Shown: positions 10,326 to 22,970, counted from the first letter of the stretch. The stretch is 42,436 bases of DNA from Chiloscyllium plagiosum (GCF_004010195.1 NW_025214366.1:1-42436), one strand, 5' to 3'. A program made the numbers and translations. Notes: generated by a model from the letters alone, not told the origin.

Positions 10326-12925
10326 TGATACTGTGGGGATAACTGAGACGTGCCTTCAAGTGGACAGGGCCTGGGAAATTAATTTTCAAGGCTATACGTG
10401 CTATCGTAAGGACAGACTGACGGGCAGAGGGGGTGGGGTGGCCTTGTTGGTAAGGGAGGATAGTTAGTCCCTTGCGCGGGGGGACCTCGAGTCAGTCTGG
10501 ATAGAGCTGCGAAATACTAAGGGTAAAAAGACCCTCTTGGGAGTCATCGACAGGCCCCCAAACAGTAGTCTGGATGTCGGATGTAAGTTGAATCAGGAGC
10601 TGAAATTGGCCTGTCGTAAAGATGTTACTACAGTTGTTATGGGAGATTTTAACATGCAGGTAGACTGGGAGAATCAGGATGGTATTGGACCTCAAGAAAG
10701 AGACTTTGTGGAGTGCCTCAGAGATGGATTCTTAGAGCAGCTGGTGCTGGAGCCGACCAGGGAGAAGGCAATTCCTGATCTGGTTTTGTGTAACGAATCA
10801 GAATTGGTCAGAGACCTCGAAGTGAAGGAGCCATTGGAAAGTAGTGACCATAATACATTAAGCTTCAATCTGCAACTTGAGAGGGAGAGGTTACATTCGG
10901 AAGTGACAGTACTTCTGTTGAATAAAGGGAACTGTGGAGCTATGAGGGAGGAGCTGGCCAAAGTTCAATGGTGCAATATCTTAACAGGGATGACAGTGGA
11001 GGAACAATGGCGGATATTTCTGTGTATAATGCAGAAGTTGCAGGATCAGTTCATTCCAAAAAGGAAGAAAGATCCCAGGAGGAGGCAGGGGCGGCCGTGG
11101 CTGACGAGGGAAGTTAAGAAACATATAAAGTTAAAAGAGAAAAAGTATAACATAGCAAAGATAANNNNNNNNNNNNNNNNNNNNNNNNNNNNNNNNNNNN
11201 NNNNNNNNNNNNNNNNNNNNNNNNNNNNNNNNNNNNNNNNNNNNNNNNNNNNNNNNNNNNNNNNNNNNNNNNNNNNNNNNNNNNNNNNNNNNNNNNNNNN
11301 NNNNNNNNNNNNNNNNNNNNNNNNNNNNNNNNNNNNNNNNNNNNNNNNNNNNNNNNNNNNNNNNNNNNNNNNNNNNNNNNNNNNNNNNNNNNNNNNNNNN
11401 NNNNNNNNNNNNNNNNNNNNNNNNNNNNNNNNNNNNNNNNNNNNNNNNNNNNNNNNNNNNNNNNNNNNNNNNNNNNNNNNNNNNNNNNNNNNNNNNNNNN
11501 NNNNNNNNNNNNNNNNNNNNNNNNNNNNNAGTTAGTCTGACCTCAGTGGTGGGAAAGATGCTGGAGTCTATTATAAAGAATGAAATTACGGCACATCCGG
11601 ATAGTAGTAACAGGATAGGACAGAGTCAGCATGGATTTATGAAGGGGAAATCATGCTTGACTAATCTTCTTGAATTTTTAGAGGATGCAACTCTGAAGAT
11701 GGACGAGGGAGATCCAGTAGATGTAGTGTACCTGGACTTTCAGAAAGCTTTTGATAAAGTCCCACACAGGAGGTTAGTGAGTAAAATTAGGGCGCATGGT
11801 ATTGGGGGCAAAGTACTAGATTGGATTGAAAATTGGTTGGCTGATAGGAAACAAAGGGTAGTGATAAACTGCCCCATTTCGGAATGGCAGGCCGTGACCA
11901 ATGGAGTACAGCAGGGATCCGTGCTGGGACCGCAGCTTTTTACAATATATGTTAATAATATAGAAGATGGAATCAGCAATAACATTAGCAAATTTGCTGA
12001 TGATACAAAGCTGGGTGGCAGGGTGAAATGTTATGAGGATGTTAGGAGACTACAGGGTGACCTGGGCAAGTTAGATGAGTGGGCAGTTGTATGGCAGATG
12101 CAGTTTAATGTGGATAAATGTATGGTTATTCGCTTTGGTGGCAATAACAGGAAGGCAGATTACTACCTAAATCGAAACAATTTAGGTAAAGGGGCAGTAC
12201 AGAGAGATCTGGGTGTACTTGTACACCAGTCAATGAAGGCAAGCATGCAGATACAGCAGGGAGTGAAGAAGGCTAATAGCATGCTGGCCTTCATAACAAG
12301 AGGAATTGAGTATAGAAGCAAAGAGGTGCTTCTGCAGTTGTACAGGGCCCTGGTGAGACCACACCTGGAGTACTGTGTGCAGTTCTGGTCTCCAAATTTA
12401 AGGAAAGACATTCTGGCTAATAAAGGAGTGCAGCGTAGGTTCACGAGGTCAATTCCTGGAATGGAGGGATTACCTTACACTGAAAGACTGGAGCGACTGG
12501 GCTTGTATACCCTTGAGTTTAGAAGACTGAGAGGGGATCTGATTGAGATGTCTAAGATTATGAAAGGATTGGACACTCTGGCAGCAGGAAACATGTTTCC
12601 GCTGATGGGTGAGTGCCGGATCAGAGGACACAGCTTAAAAATACCGGCTAAACCATTTAGGACAGAGATGAGGAGAAACTTCTTCACACAGAGAGTGGTG
12701 GCTGCGTAGAATGCTTTGCCCCAGAGGGCAGTGGAGGCCCAGTCTCTGGATTCTTTTAAGAAAGAGTTGGATAGAGCACTCAAAGATAGTGGAATCAATG
12801 GTTATGGAGATTAGGCAGGAACAGAATACTGATTAGGAATGATCAGCCATGATTATGTTGAATGGCGGTGCAGGCTCGAAGGGCTGAATGGCCTACTCCT
12901 GCACCTATTGTCTATTGTCTATTGT
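10326..12925 (+). mobile_element. Young 5'-truncated CR1 LINE: ORF2 (APE endonuclease + RT), 3' UTR and (CTATTGT)n tail; internal assembly gap
   Basis: GITET..GRGGGVALLV, VVMGDFN, SDHN; QHGF..KSCLTNL, YLDFQKAFDKV, QGSVLGP, KFADDTKL. Few stops (10465, 12707). Possible TSD tgatac at 10326-10331 and 12925-12930. Confidence 0.95.
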
Positions 12926-13195
12926 GATACACACGTGGGACTTTAACGTGGTTTTATAGTGGTGAGCAGGGAAGCCATATGTCTTGTGTGACGTCTCAAG
13001 AAGACAAATTCCATCACCGAGAAGACAGCCTGGTGTTCTCTATGTAGGGCGGAAGTTGAAGGGAATGGATCCCTGTTACTGAAGGAAGGTATTGTGGCTG
13101 CTGTTGCGGATTGTGAGCAGCCTGACGTTCAGTACATGTCCACACACCGACTGCTCACTAACGTGCGGAGAGTTAATTGAGGCATAAAAACTATT
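12926..13195 (-). pseudogene. Harbinger (HARBI1-like) transposase catalytic-region relic, right part
   Basis: Minus strand reads EQSVCGH..NSSHNTFLQ*QGSIPFNFRPT*RTPGCLLGDG and continues across the CR1 insertion into SNGATRNNVEQ. Compare Harbinger GS.HD.FIL..S..GWLLGD.GY..H..TR..VE. Confidence 0.65.
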
Positions 13196-13206
13196 AGGAA
13201 AGCCAC

Positions 13207-13434
13207 GTTAGATTGATGAATGGACTCTCTGAGTTCAAATAATGCAGACCTGTTCATGTTGATCTTGTCTAGTGCACGTTCTGTTCAGTGTAACCTGTAT
13301 GCCTTACTCTGTCCAAGTCTATTTCCACCCTATGATCTGTCTGGCCATGCTTACTATGATCTGCCTCCACTGCTCATAAATAAAGTGTTTCCCTGTACTG
13401 AGATACACGTGACAATAAATCAAACCAATCAATC
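13207..13434 (+). mobile_element. LINE 3' end, Rex1/Babar-like
   Basis: ctgtactgagatacacgtgacaataaatcaaaccaatcaatc terminus, typical of fish Rex1-type 3' ends. Confidence 0.5.
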
Positions 13435-14274
13435 CTGGGTAATGTATGGAATTTCTCACCCTATCAATGTCTNNNNNNNNNNNNNNNNNNNNNNNNNNNN
13501 NNNNNNNNNNNNNNNNNNNNNNNNNNNNNNNNNNNNNNNNNNNNNNNNNNNNNNNNNNNNNNNNNNNNNNNNNNNNNNNNNNNNNNNNNNNNNNNNNNNN
13601 NNNNNNNNNNNNNNNNNNNNNNNNNNNNNNNNNNNNNNNNNNNNNNNNNNNNNNNNNNNNNNNNNNNNNNNNNNNNNNNNNNNNNNNNNNNNNNNNNNNN
13701 NNNNNNNNNNNNNNNNNNNNNNNNNNNNNNNNNNNNNNNNNNNNNNNNNNNNNNNNNNNNNNNNNNNNNNNNNNNNNNNNNNNNNNNNNNNNNNNNNNNN
13801 NNNNNNNNNNNNNNNNNNNNNNNNNNNNNNNNNNNNNNNNNNNNNNNNNNNNNNNNNNNNNNNNNNNNNNNNNNNNNNNNNNNNNNNNNNNNNNNNNNNN
13901 NNNNNNNNNNNNNNNNNNNNNNNNNNNNNNNNNNNNNNNNNNNNNNNNNNNNNNNNNNNNNNNNNNNNNNNNNNNNNNNNNNNNNNNNNNNNNNNNNNNN
14001 NNNNNNNNNNNNNNNNNNNNNNNNNNNNNNNNNNNNNNNNNNNNNNNNNNNNNNNNNNNNNNNNNNNNNNNNNNNNNNNNNNNNNNNNNNNNNNNNNNNN
14101 NNNNNNNNNNNNNNNNNNNNNNNNNNNNNNNNNNNNNNNNNNNNNNNNNNNNNNNNNNNNNNNNNNNNNNNGTGCCCCAAATACTCTCTCAGCAAGGCCC
14201 TACAACAGCAGGAAGATGGCTTTACTTATGTACTCGAATCATCTCACAATGATGGACTGCACCCCTTACTTCCA

Positions 14275-15450
14275 CAGGGTTTGATTCGGAGCAGTCAGCA
14301 TTGACCTGTGATTGGGAAATCATGCTTCCTAAGTTTGATAGAGTTCTTTGATGAAGTGACCAAGAAGGTTAACGAGAGCAGTAGACGTAGTCTCTATGGG
14401 TTTCAGTAAGGCCTTTCAATAATTTTCCACATGGCAGGCTCCTCTGGAAGGTTCCATTACGTGAAAGACTGGGGGAAACTAGCCAATTGGCTTGATGATA
14501 GAAAGCAGAAGGTTTAGTGGAAGGATGCTTTTCAGATTGGAGCCTGGGTCCATTGCCGTTTGTTGTCTCCGATTTGTTTGAGAAAGTACAAGGCATGATT
14601 AGTCAGTTTGCAGATGACACTAAAATAAGTGGTATCGTGACCAGTGAGGAAGTTTATCAGAAATTGCAGCAGGACCTTAATCAGGGAGGGAAGTGGGCCG
14701 AGAAATGGCAAATGGAATGTAGTGTAGATGTGTGAAGTCTTGCCTTATGGAAGCTCAAATCAATGTAGGAGTTTCATGTTTAATGGGAGGGCCTTAAGGG
14801 GTATCGTGGGTAGGAAGACCTTTGTGTTCAGGTGCACGGTTCCATGAGAATGGAGTCACAGGTAGACATGGCAGGGGAAAGGCTTTTGGCACATTGGCCT
14901 TCATCAGGCACGACATTGAGTATAGAAGTTGGTAATTTATATTGCAATTACACAGGACATTGGTAAAGCCGCACTTGAAGTATTGTGTTCAGTTTTGTCA
15001 CCTTGTTATAGGGAGGATGTTATTAAATTAGAAAGAGTGCAGAAGATATTTACAAAGACGTTGCCAGGACCCAAAGGTCTGAGTTATAGGGAGAGGTTGA
15101 ACAAACTAGGATTTTTTCTATACAGTGTAGGAGACTGAGGGAGGACTTATAGAGCTGTATAAGATCATGAGGGGTATGGATAGAGTAAATGCTCTTAGTC
15201 TTTTTCCAAGGTTTAGAGAATCGAGCTCTAGAGGGGATGAGTTTAAGTTTAGAAGGGAAGGAATAAAAGGGAAACTGAGGGGCCACGTCTTTACACAGAA
15301 GGCTGGTGCTTGGATGTGCTGACAGCAGGTGAAGTTGAGGGGGTACATTAACAACATTTCAAAAGCATTTGGATAAATATGTGGATAGGAAAGGACGAGA
15401 AGGATATAGGCCAACTGCAGGGAAATGCGGATGGCGTGGATGGATATTTT
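14275..15450 (+). mobile_element. CR1 RT to 3' region, degraded
   Basis: ISQFADDTKISG; DVIKLERVQKIFTKTLPG..LSYRERL. Confidence 0.9.
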
Positions 15451-15864
15451 CAAGGTGGAGTCGAACCCTTCTGTTAATTAAAACCAAACAGCCAGAAAAG
15501 CTCGCCTCACCTCGTAATCTGTTAAAATTTGAGTGGCACAGATCTCTTACATTCCAGTATTTAAACAAAAATTAACAAGTTAGTTTCTTAACTTTAATAG
15601 TGAACACTAAACAACAACTATTCACAAATACAAGCCCCTCTGTTTCTTAACGACTTACTATCTGACTCCAACTCTGTAAAAATATGCTGTTCCAACAACT
15701 CACATTTTAAACATTACAATCTCAAGACCACTCAATCTCTATCTTCCCCGCTGTGTTCACTCTTCCAGCTGCTGATCTCATGGTTTTTTAATGCAATAGG
15801 TTTTACATGAACATGTATCTTTGATAGAGAGTGTTTGAGATGGCCAGTTAGCACTCCTTCTCTA

Positions 15865-16783
15865 ATCACGTCTAGGAATGGGAGTTAGTTGTCATTTTCT
15901 TCCTCTCTAGTGAATCGGATACCTGTGAGTGTGGCGTTGATGATCCGGTGTGTGTTCTCTATTTCATCAACGCCACACTCACAGGAATCCGATTCACCAG
16001 AGAGGAAGAAAAGGACAACCAACTCCCATTCATAAACGTGATGGTACAGAGAACACCGAATGGAGAATTCACCACCATGGTATTCAGGAAAGCCACACAC
16101 ACACAGACCAAGTCCTAAACTACGAAAGCAACCACCCCAACAGACACAAAACAAGTTGCATCAAGACACTGTCCAAAAGGGCCACAACACACTGCAGTAT
16201 ACCAGAACTGCAAATAGAGGAAGAAGAACACCTATACAATGTATTTGACAAAAACGGACATCCGCGCAATTTCATCAACAGATGCCTAAGGGAAAGACAA
16301 CGGAACGAGGACATGCCACAACCCAAAGGACTAACCACACTACCATACATCAAGAGCATTTCTGAACTGACAGCCAGACTACTGCGACAACTAGGACTCA
16401 TAACAGTACACAAACCAACAGCCATTCTCAGACAACAACACACCAGAACCAAGACCCAATACCCAACATGAGAAAAACCAATATAGTGTACAACATCCCA
16501 TGCAAGGACTGCACAAAACACTACATAGGACAAACAGGAAGACAGCTAACGATCCGCATCCATGAACACCAACTAGCCACGAAACGACTGGACCCAATAT
16601 ACTGACCACTGCAGCGGACAGCTGGAACTGAGAACCGGAAGCGGCAGATTCAAACAACTATAAATGCCGGAGGAAAGATCACAGAAGCGCTTCACAGGAG
16701 GATCCCAAGCACTGAGGATGTCACCTAGACAGGGGACGAAACGTCTGCAACACAAATTCCCAGCTCGGCGAACATAACCACAA
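15865..16783 (+). mobile_element. Penelope-like element (RT C-terminus + GIY-YIG endonuclease + hammerhead) inserted in the Gypsy 3' LTR
   Basis: GIRFTREEE..LPF..RKATHTDQVLNYESNHP; NIVYNIPCKDCTKHYIGQTGRQLTIRIHEH. Confidence 0.9.
16708..16748 (+). ncRNA. Minimal type-I hammerhead ribozyme motif
   Basis: gca-CTGAGGA-t-gtcacct-agac-aggggac-GAAA-cGTC-tgc: intact core, stem II with one mismatch, palindromic ACGT stem III, stem I gca/tgc. Confidence 0.75.
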
Positions 16784-19700
16784 TAATGTGATTGTTTTCA
16801 AGGTGTCCAAACAATAATATTCAAATTCCGTTGACATCTGGTATTCTGAGCGTTATTTAAACTCTTTGGTTATATTAGAATTGTTGTCAAAACAGCGACC
16901 AAAACTCAGGTTTCCATTTCCCAGCTAATTGTTACTTTTGGAACAGTCTGACCTTTAGCTGGCATATGTGGCTATACTTTCTATTCAGCAAAACCCGTTC
17001 TGTCTTAAAGTGACCAGACATGCTTTCGGTTTTTGAACACTTCACCCATTCAGAAAAAAAAGAACCTTTTTCCTCTGATTCTTAAACGCATTATTATGAA
17101 ATACAAAATTATTAATCTCAGTTATACCATTCATAGTAATTCTGCACACATATATAACAATGGAATAAGTCAAATCTTATCTACACTTTTTCTTTAAAGC
17201 CACGATAACACATCTGCTATCACATTTTTAGCACCCACAGCATGTGCATTTTAAGTTCAAAGTTAGTAACATGAGACTCTAATGAATTAGTCTCATATTC
17301 TGGTCTTTAAATATTTCAAAAATATGAAAGGATTGTCGTTGTTGTCGACAACCATCTCCGGCAATTTGTCATGTAACTATTAAAATATTGTCAGACCAGT
17401 ACAAAACTCAATCATTCTTTTCCTATAATTGAAATTTTTCTAGTTTTCTTTCTGGTGGATATTGAGTTTTATAGACAAGTAGCCAAGTGGCCACTCAATT
17501 CCATCGTCAACTTTCTGTATCAATACATCTCCAATCCCTATATCGCTAGCATCAAACACAATTTTTAAACGGTTTCTAAATATGTGCTGCAGTTGAAACT
17601 GGTGCGGTGATAAATCTTGCTTTAAAATTCTCAAATGCCTCCTGGCATTGTTCTGTCCACCACAATTCTGTGTTCTTATTTATTAAATCCTTCTGTGGTG
17701 CCAATACGCTGTTGAAGTTTGCATCAAACTTCCGATAGAATCCACTCAGTTGCAAATATCGAAGCACCTCTTTCTTCCAGAATGGTCGTGGAAATTCCTC
17801 AAAGCCCTTCGTCTTTGTGTTCCATGGGATCAAACTTCCATGTCCAATGTAATGTCCCAAGAAGACCACCTCTGCCTTTGCGAATTCTGTTTTCTTTAAG
17901 TTTATTACCAAGTTTGCTTCTTGTAATCGTTCAACATGCTCTGCCAACTGTAACATGTGAGCTTTCAATCACTTGCTAAAGATTACAAAATCATACAGAT
18001 AAACTGCACAATTTGTTCATCTGGCCACAACTCTGTTCCTGAGTCTTAAATGTGGCTTGTGCATTATTCATTCACATGAAATACTCGATTAAGTTTTTCT
18101 GTCATCTCCAGTATCCTCACTCGATAGTATAACTGACTCAACATTTTTTAATTTGAAAGGGGCCACTAAACCTGGCTTTGAAGGGATTTCCTACCACTGG
18201 TGACAATACTAATACGTCGTCCACAAGGGAAATCGTCAAAGTTTCAGAGTTTTTATGTACCACCTGCTTCACTCTATGCTGTGNNNNNNNNNNNNNNNNN
18301 NNNNNNNNNNNNNNNNNNNNNNNNNNNNNNNNNNNNNNNNNNNNNNNNNNNNNNNNNNNNNNNNNNNNNNNNNNNNNNNNNNNNNNNNNNNNNNNNNNNN
18401 NNNNNNNNNNNNNNNNNNNNNNNNNNNNNNNNNNNNNNNNNNNNNNNNNNNNNNNNNNNNNNNNNNNNNNNNNNNNNNNNNNNNNNNNNNNNNNNNNNNN
18501 NNNNNNNNNNNNNNNNNNNNNNNNNNNNNNNNNNNNNNNNNNNNNNNNNNNNNNNNNNNNNNNNNNNNNNNNNNNNNNNNNNNNNNNNNNNNNNNNNNNN
18601 NNNNNNNNNNNNNNNNNNNNNNNNNNNNNNNNNNNNNNNNNNNNNNNNNNNNNNNNNNNNNNNNNNNNNNNNNNNNNNNNNNNNNNNNNNNNNNNNNNNN
18701 NNNNNNNNNNNNNNNNNNNNNNNNNNNNNNNNNNNNNNNNNNNNNNNNNNNNNNNNNNNNNNNNNNNNNNNNNNNNNNNNNNNNNNNNNNNNNNNNNNNN
18801 NNNNNNNNNNNNNNNNNNNNNNNNNNNNNNNNNNNNNNNNNNNNNNNNNNNNNNNNNNNNNNNNNNNNNNNNNNNNNNNNNNNNNNNNNNNNNNNNNNNN
18901 NNNNNNNNNNNNNNNNNNNNNNNNNNNNNNNNNNNNNNNNNNNNNNNNNNNNNNNNNNNNNNNNNNNNNNNNNNNNNNNNNNNNNNNNNNNNNNNNNNNN
19001 NNNNNNNNNNNNNNNNNNNNNNNNNNNNNNNNNNNNNNNNNNNNNNNNNNNNNNNNNNNNNNNNNNNNNNTCCTTGTGCATTCCAGGCCACGAAAAATTC
19101 TTTTGTACCTTAGTCTGAGTCTTCCGTGCACCGAGGTGACTGCCTGCAGTTAGTTCATGTGCTAACCGCAACACTATGCTACCGGTAACACAATATGGTG
19201 CACTTCGGCCCATTTCCCTTCTGCACTAACCTACTGTTGTCTCCATTCTAATTTTAGGATTCTATTTTTAAATAATAATGTTCGATAATATATTCTGATT
19301 CCTTTTCTATGTGTGTGTATATATCTCTGTTGTAAGTCTATTAACCTTTCAGGACTAAACACCACTGCCTCACCCTCTGCCTGTTCAGTTTTTTTTCCTG
19401 CACTGTGACATCAGACAGGGTGTCAGTTAACTGAACATCAACTCTTTTGTCTTTTTCTTTCGTTTCTTCCTTCCTGCTGTACTTTATGACAGTGGGATTT
19501 TGTTACTACACAGTCTGGAAAAATTCCTGGGTCTTTTTATTTAACTCCCCAGTTTCCAAGTCTTCCTTTGCCTTCTCCACCACAAGGGGTGCCTCTCCCA
19601 TCTTGAATCCTGCTAAATCGTTCCCAAGAACATACTGCGTTCCTGGAACTGACACTCTGTTACTCACTCTCACTGTTACTTCCCCAATCTTGATTTGGCA

Positions 19701-19812
19701 CTCCATCCTGATGTTACACAAGGGAATACTTAATTTCGGTCCACATTCCACAAATTATCACGCTCTTGAGTAACATGTCAGAAAGAGTGAAAATATTTCC
19801 ATCTCTTACTAT

Positions 19813-20455
19813 TAGAGGCCGAGAGAAAGTGAGGACTGGAGATGCTGGAGATCAGAGTTGAAAAGTGTGGGGCTGGAAAAGCACAGCAGGACAGGCAGCA
19901 TCCGAGAGGTAGGAGAGTTGACGTTTCGGGCATAAGCCCTTCATCAGGAAAGTGGGGGGTAAGGGAGGGGGGAAAGGGGGCTTTAAAAATGAATAGGATG
20001 GAGGTGGAAGTTAGCTTCGAAGGCGATAGGTAGATGCAGGTGGGGTCTGATGGTGATAGGTCGGACAGGAGGGTGAAGTGGATAGACGGTAGGTCTTTTG
20101 GAACTCTCAAACTATACAGCATCGACGTTGAATTCACCAAATTCTAAATCTCCCCTCACCAACCTCATCCCAGATCCAACCATTTCAATTAGCACCGCCC
20201 TCTTGAACTGTCTTAATTGTCCATCTTCCTTCCCACCTATCGACTCCACCCTCCCCTCCGACATATGACTATCACTCCCACCTACGTCTTCCTATCGCCC
20301 TCCCAGTGGCCCTCCTGCCAGCCCACCCCCTACCCTTCTATTTATCTTTCAGCCCCCTTGTCTCCACGCCACATTCCTGACGATGCCTGATATGTCAATT
20401 GTCCTTCTTTTCGGATACTGCCTGATCTGTTGTGCTTTTCTGGCGCCTCACTTCT
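19813..20455. mobile_element. Penelope-like pseudo-LTR pair in divergent inverted orientation, inserted in the Gypsy protease region
   Basis: Minus copy at 19813-20090 and plus copy at 20100-20455 share ctatcac..ttat..attcctga..ctgcctga..tgtgcttttc. Confidence 0.8.
19920..19947 (-). ncRNA. Minimal hammerhead ribozyme motif, intact core
   Basis: CTGATGA-a-gggc-ttat-gccc-GAAA-cGTC. Confidence 0.75.
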
Positions 20456-20544
20456 ATGAACAGTTTCTATATCTTGCAACATTATAATTTCTTGTCCACG
20501 CCGCTCCCGCCACCCCCTCCCCCACCCCGAGTAAACTTTGCTCA

Positions 20545-21055
20545 CAGAGGCGAATTCTTTATCGAGATCGGGCTCTGACACCACAACCAGCCCCTGTCTT
20601 GGCTGTGCACTCTCCTGCAGCTCCTCGGCTCCACTTGGGGTCTCCTTTACCAGTTTCACTAATGCCACTGGCTTAGCCTCTTTTACCACATCTTTTCCCA
20701 AAATTTCTTCCTTCAACCCCCAGCTTACTGCAGTGAAAGCCCTTCTAAAACCATCGGCCCTGTAATTTTATGTGTTCCACCCACTTATAGTGAGAACACC
20801 AGAGGCGAATTCTTTATAGAGACCAGGCACTGACTCCATACCCAGCCCCTGTCTAGGCTGTGCACTCTCCTGCAGCTCCTCGGTTCCACTTGGGGTCTCC
20901 TTTACCAGTTTCATTAATGCCACTGGCTTAGCCTCTTTTACCACATCTTTTCCCAAACTGTCTTCCTTCAACCCCCAGCTTACTGCAGTGAAAGCCCTTC
21001 TAAAACCATCGGCCCTGTAATTTTATGTGTTCCACCCACTTATAGTGAGAACACC
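20545..21055. repeat. ~255-bp tandem duplication within Gypsy gag (degenerate zinc-knuckle region)
   Basis: 20545-20799 and 20800-21055 are near-identical, with junction microhomology cagaggc/ctgaggc. Confidence 0.9.
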
Positions 21056-22220
21056 TGAGGCTTTCACCACTTTTCAACCCCCTTGGACTTCCTTTTTCAC
21101 CTGTCGTAAAGTATTGCCCGTGTGCTTTACTCTATGCTTTGCAGTGTAGGATCTCCCCTTCTTCCAATTTCTATCCCTCATATGATAAAACTCCACCCAG
21201 AAGCTAAATTTCATGTCATGCACCAATGCATATTTACCTGCCAAATCTGCCGCGCTTCTCACTTCTTGAACTTTCTGTTCATTCACATGAGTTCTTGCCA
21301 TCTCTGGAAGTGAGTTGTTAAACACCTCTAGCAGGGTAATCTCCCTTCGTGCCTCAAGTTCTTATCCATATTTAAGGCCTTCATCCATCTGTCAAAATGA
21401 CTTTGTTTAATTCTTTCAAACTGACCTGGTTCCATCTCTATATTTCTGAACTTCTGTCTATATGCTTCGAGTACCATTCATGAGCACTCAAAACAGCGTG
21501 TTTGAAATCTGCATAATCTTTGATCCCTCATCTGACAACGCTGCACATGCCTCACCAGCTGTGATCACCACCTTAGTCTGAACTAACATTACCCACAAGT
21601 TCACTGGACATACCAACCGCCGAGTCAATTTTTCGAATGAAATAAAAAAGGTTTTGACATTTTCTCACCGAAATATGGCGACATATTAACATAGTTGTAT
21701 ACATCCCTATATTCTCACTTTATCTTCATCATTTTAATTTAACTTTCTTATCTAATGTCAAACTTCTGAATTTCAAATTCTCTCTCTTTCTTTTTCCTCT
21801 CTTTCGCTTTCTCTTTCTCTCTCTCTCTTTCTGTCTCTTTCTTTATCTGCTAAGTCCAGTTGCCACATTTGCAATTTAAGTTTTTTCTCACTCGATTGCA
21901 GTTGCCTCTCATACGCCAAAGTGCTTGACCAATTCCATTACAATTTCAGCTTTCTTTTTGTCCCTGGTTAAACCCAATTCTAATCTTTATGTTAATTTTA
22001 AAAGTATGCCCTTCCTCTGTCTTTCTAAACTTTCTTGGCAAACTTGGGAATCATCTTCAAACCCCAGAACTGCTTTAGTAATTTTAAAAGCCATTTCTTT
22101 TAATTTAACCAACCACAAGGAAACAAAATTAAATGAATTTTATCACTTGTTTTGTTTGAAGATCTAGGTCACTAACTGCTAAGTGATGGAATATTCTGGG
22201 TCCTTTTGTACCCCAAATCT

Positions 22221-22248
22221 GTTCAAATCCCATACGACGAGCCCTCAA
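22221..22248 (-). promoter_or_regulatory. Primer-binding site complementary to the tRNA-Pro 3' end
   Basis: Minus strand ttgagggctcgtcgtatgggatttgaac versus the canonical tRNA-Pro PBS TGGGGGCTCGTCCGGGATTTGAAC, directly after the LTR end ..tcataaca. Confidence 0.75.
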
Positions 22249-22388
22249 GCTGTTATGATGTTGATGTCAAACCGCTCTGTTAAGTAAAACCACACACCCA
22301 GAAAATCTCACCTCGCCTCATAATCTGTTAAAACATGAGTGACAGAGAAGTCCCAAATTCCACTATTAAAAGAAAAATAACAATTTAT

Positions 22389-22800
22389 AAGTATGTAAGT
22401 TAGCTCGCTGAGCTTGGAGATTTGTTTTCAGATGTTTCGTTACCATGACTAGGTAACATAATCAGTTCGAGTCTCCGGTGATACACTCCGGTGATACACT
22501 GGTAGTGTGTCCCGCCTCTCAATTTATAGGTTTTTGGTTTCTTAAGTTGGGTGACGTCATTTCCATTTTTTTTCACGGGAAAGTAGATAGGATCGAACTT
22601 GATGTGTTTATTAATGTACTTATGGTTAGAATGTCATGCCTCTACGAGCTTTCGTATGTGTCTTTGCTTTGCCTTTCCAACGATGTGTGTGTAGTCCCAG
22701 TCAAAATGGTGTCCTTCTTTGTCTGTATGTATGGAAACGAGTGATAGTGGGTCATGTCTTTTGGTGGCCAGTTGGTGTTCATGTATCCTGGTAGCACGAC
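22389..22800 (-). mobile_element. Penelope-like 3' fragment truncating the Gypsy 5' LTR; mutated hammerhead at 22431-22465
   Basis: TRIHEHQLATKRHDPLSLVSIHTDKEGHHFDWD; CTGATTA-t-gttacc-tagtcat-ggtaac-GAAA-catc. Confidence 0.85.
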
Positions 22801-22970
22801 AACAGGACCGTTTGAAATGGAGGGAAAACGATTTTATATACACTGTTTAATCAGTGTCTGTTCAGATAAGGAAGATTGTTCACATGTGTACAACACATTC
22901 TCAACGAACAACGGAGACACAGTTAACGAAAAATGGTGCACATGATGTATAAAATTTATAAAGAACTAAA

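Larger units (their letters stand above)
15452..22388 (-). mobile_element. Decayed Gypsy LTR retrotransposon, Gmr1-like (gag-PR-INT-RT-RH), with nested Penelope insertions
   Basis: 5' LTR end at 22251-22388; PBS at 22221-22248; gag from ~22094; integrase zinc motif LAHE..HLGARKT..FSWPGM at 19213-19075; integrase C-terminal FKARFSGPF at ~18150-18200; RT CAVYLYDFVIFS..LVINLKKTEF..LSGFYRKF at 18070-17580; RNase H DASDIGIG at ~17550; PPT at ~17041-17050; 3' LTR ~17039-15452. Confidence 0.9.

Noticed and set aside
21781..21845. TC-rich simple repeat
   Set aside because: It corresponds to the E/R/K-rich coiled-coil part of the minus-strand gag, not an independent feature.
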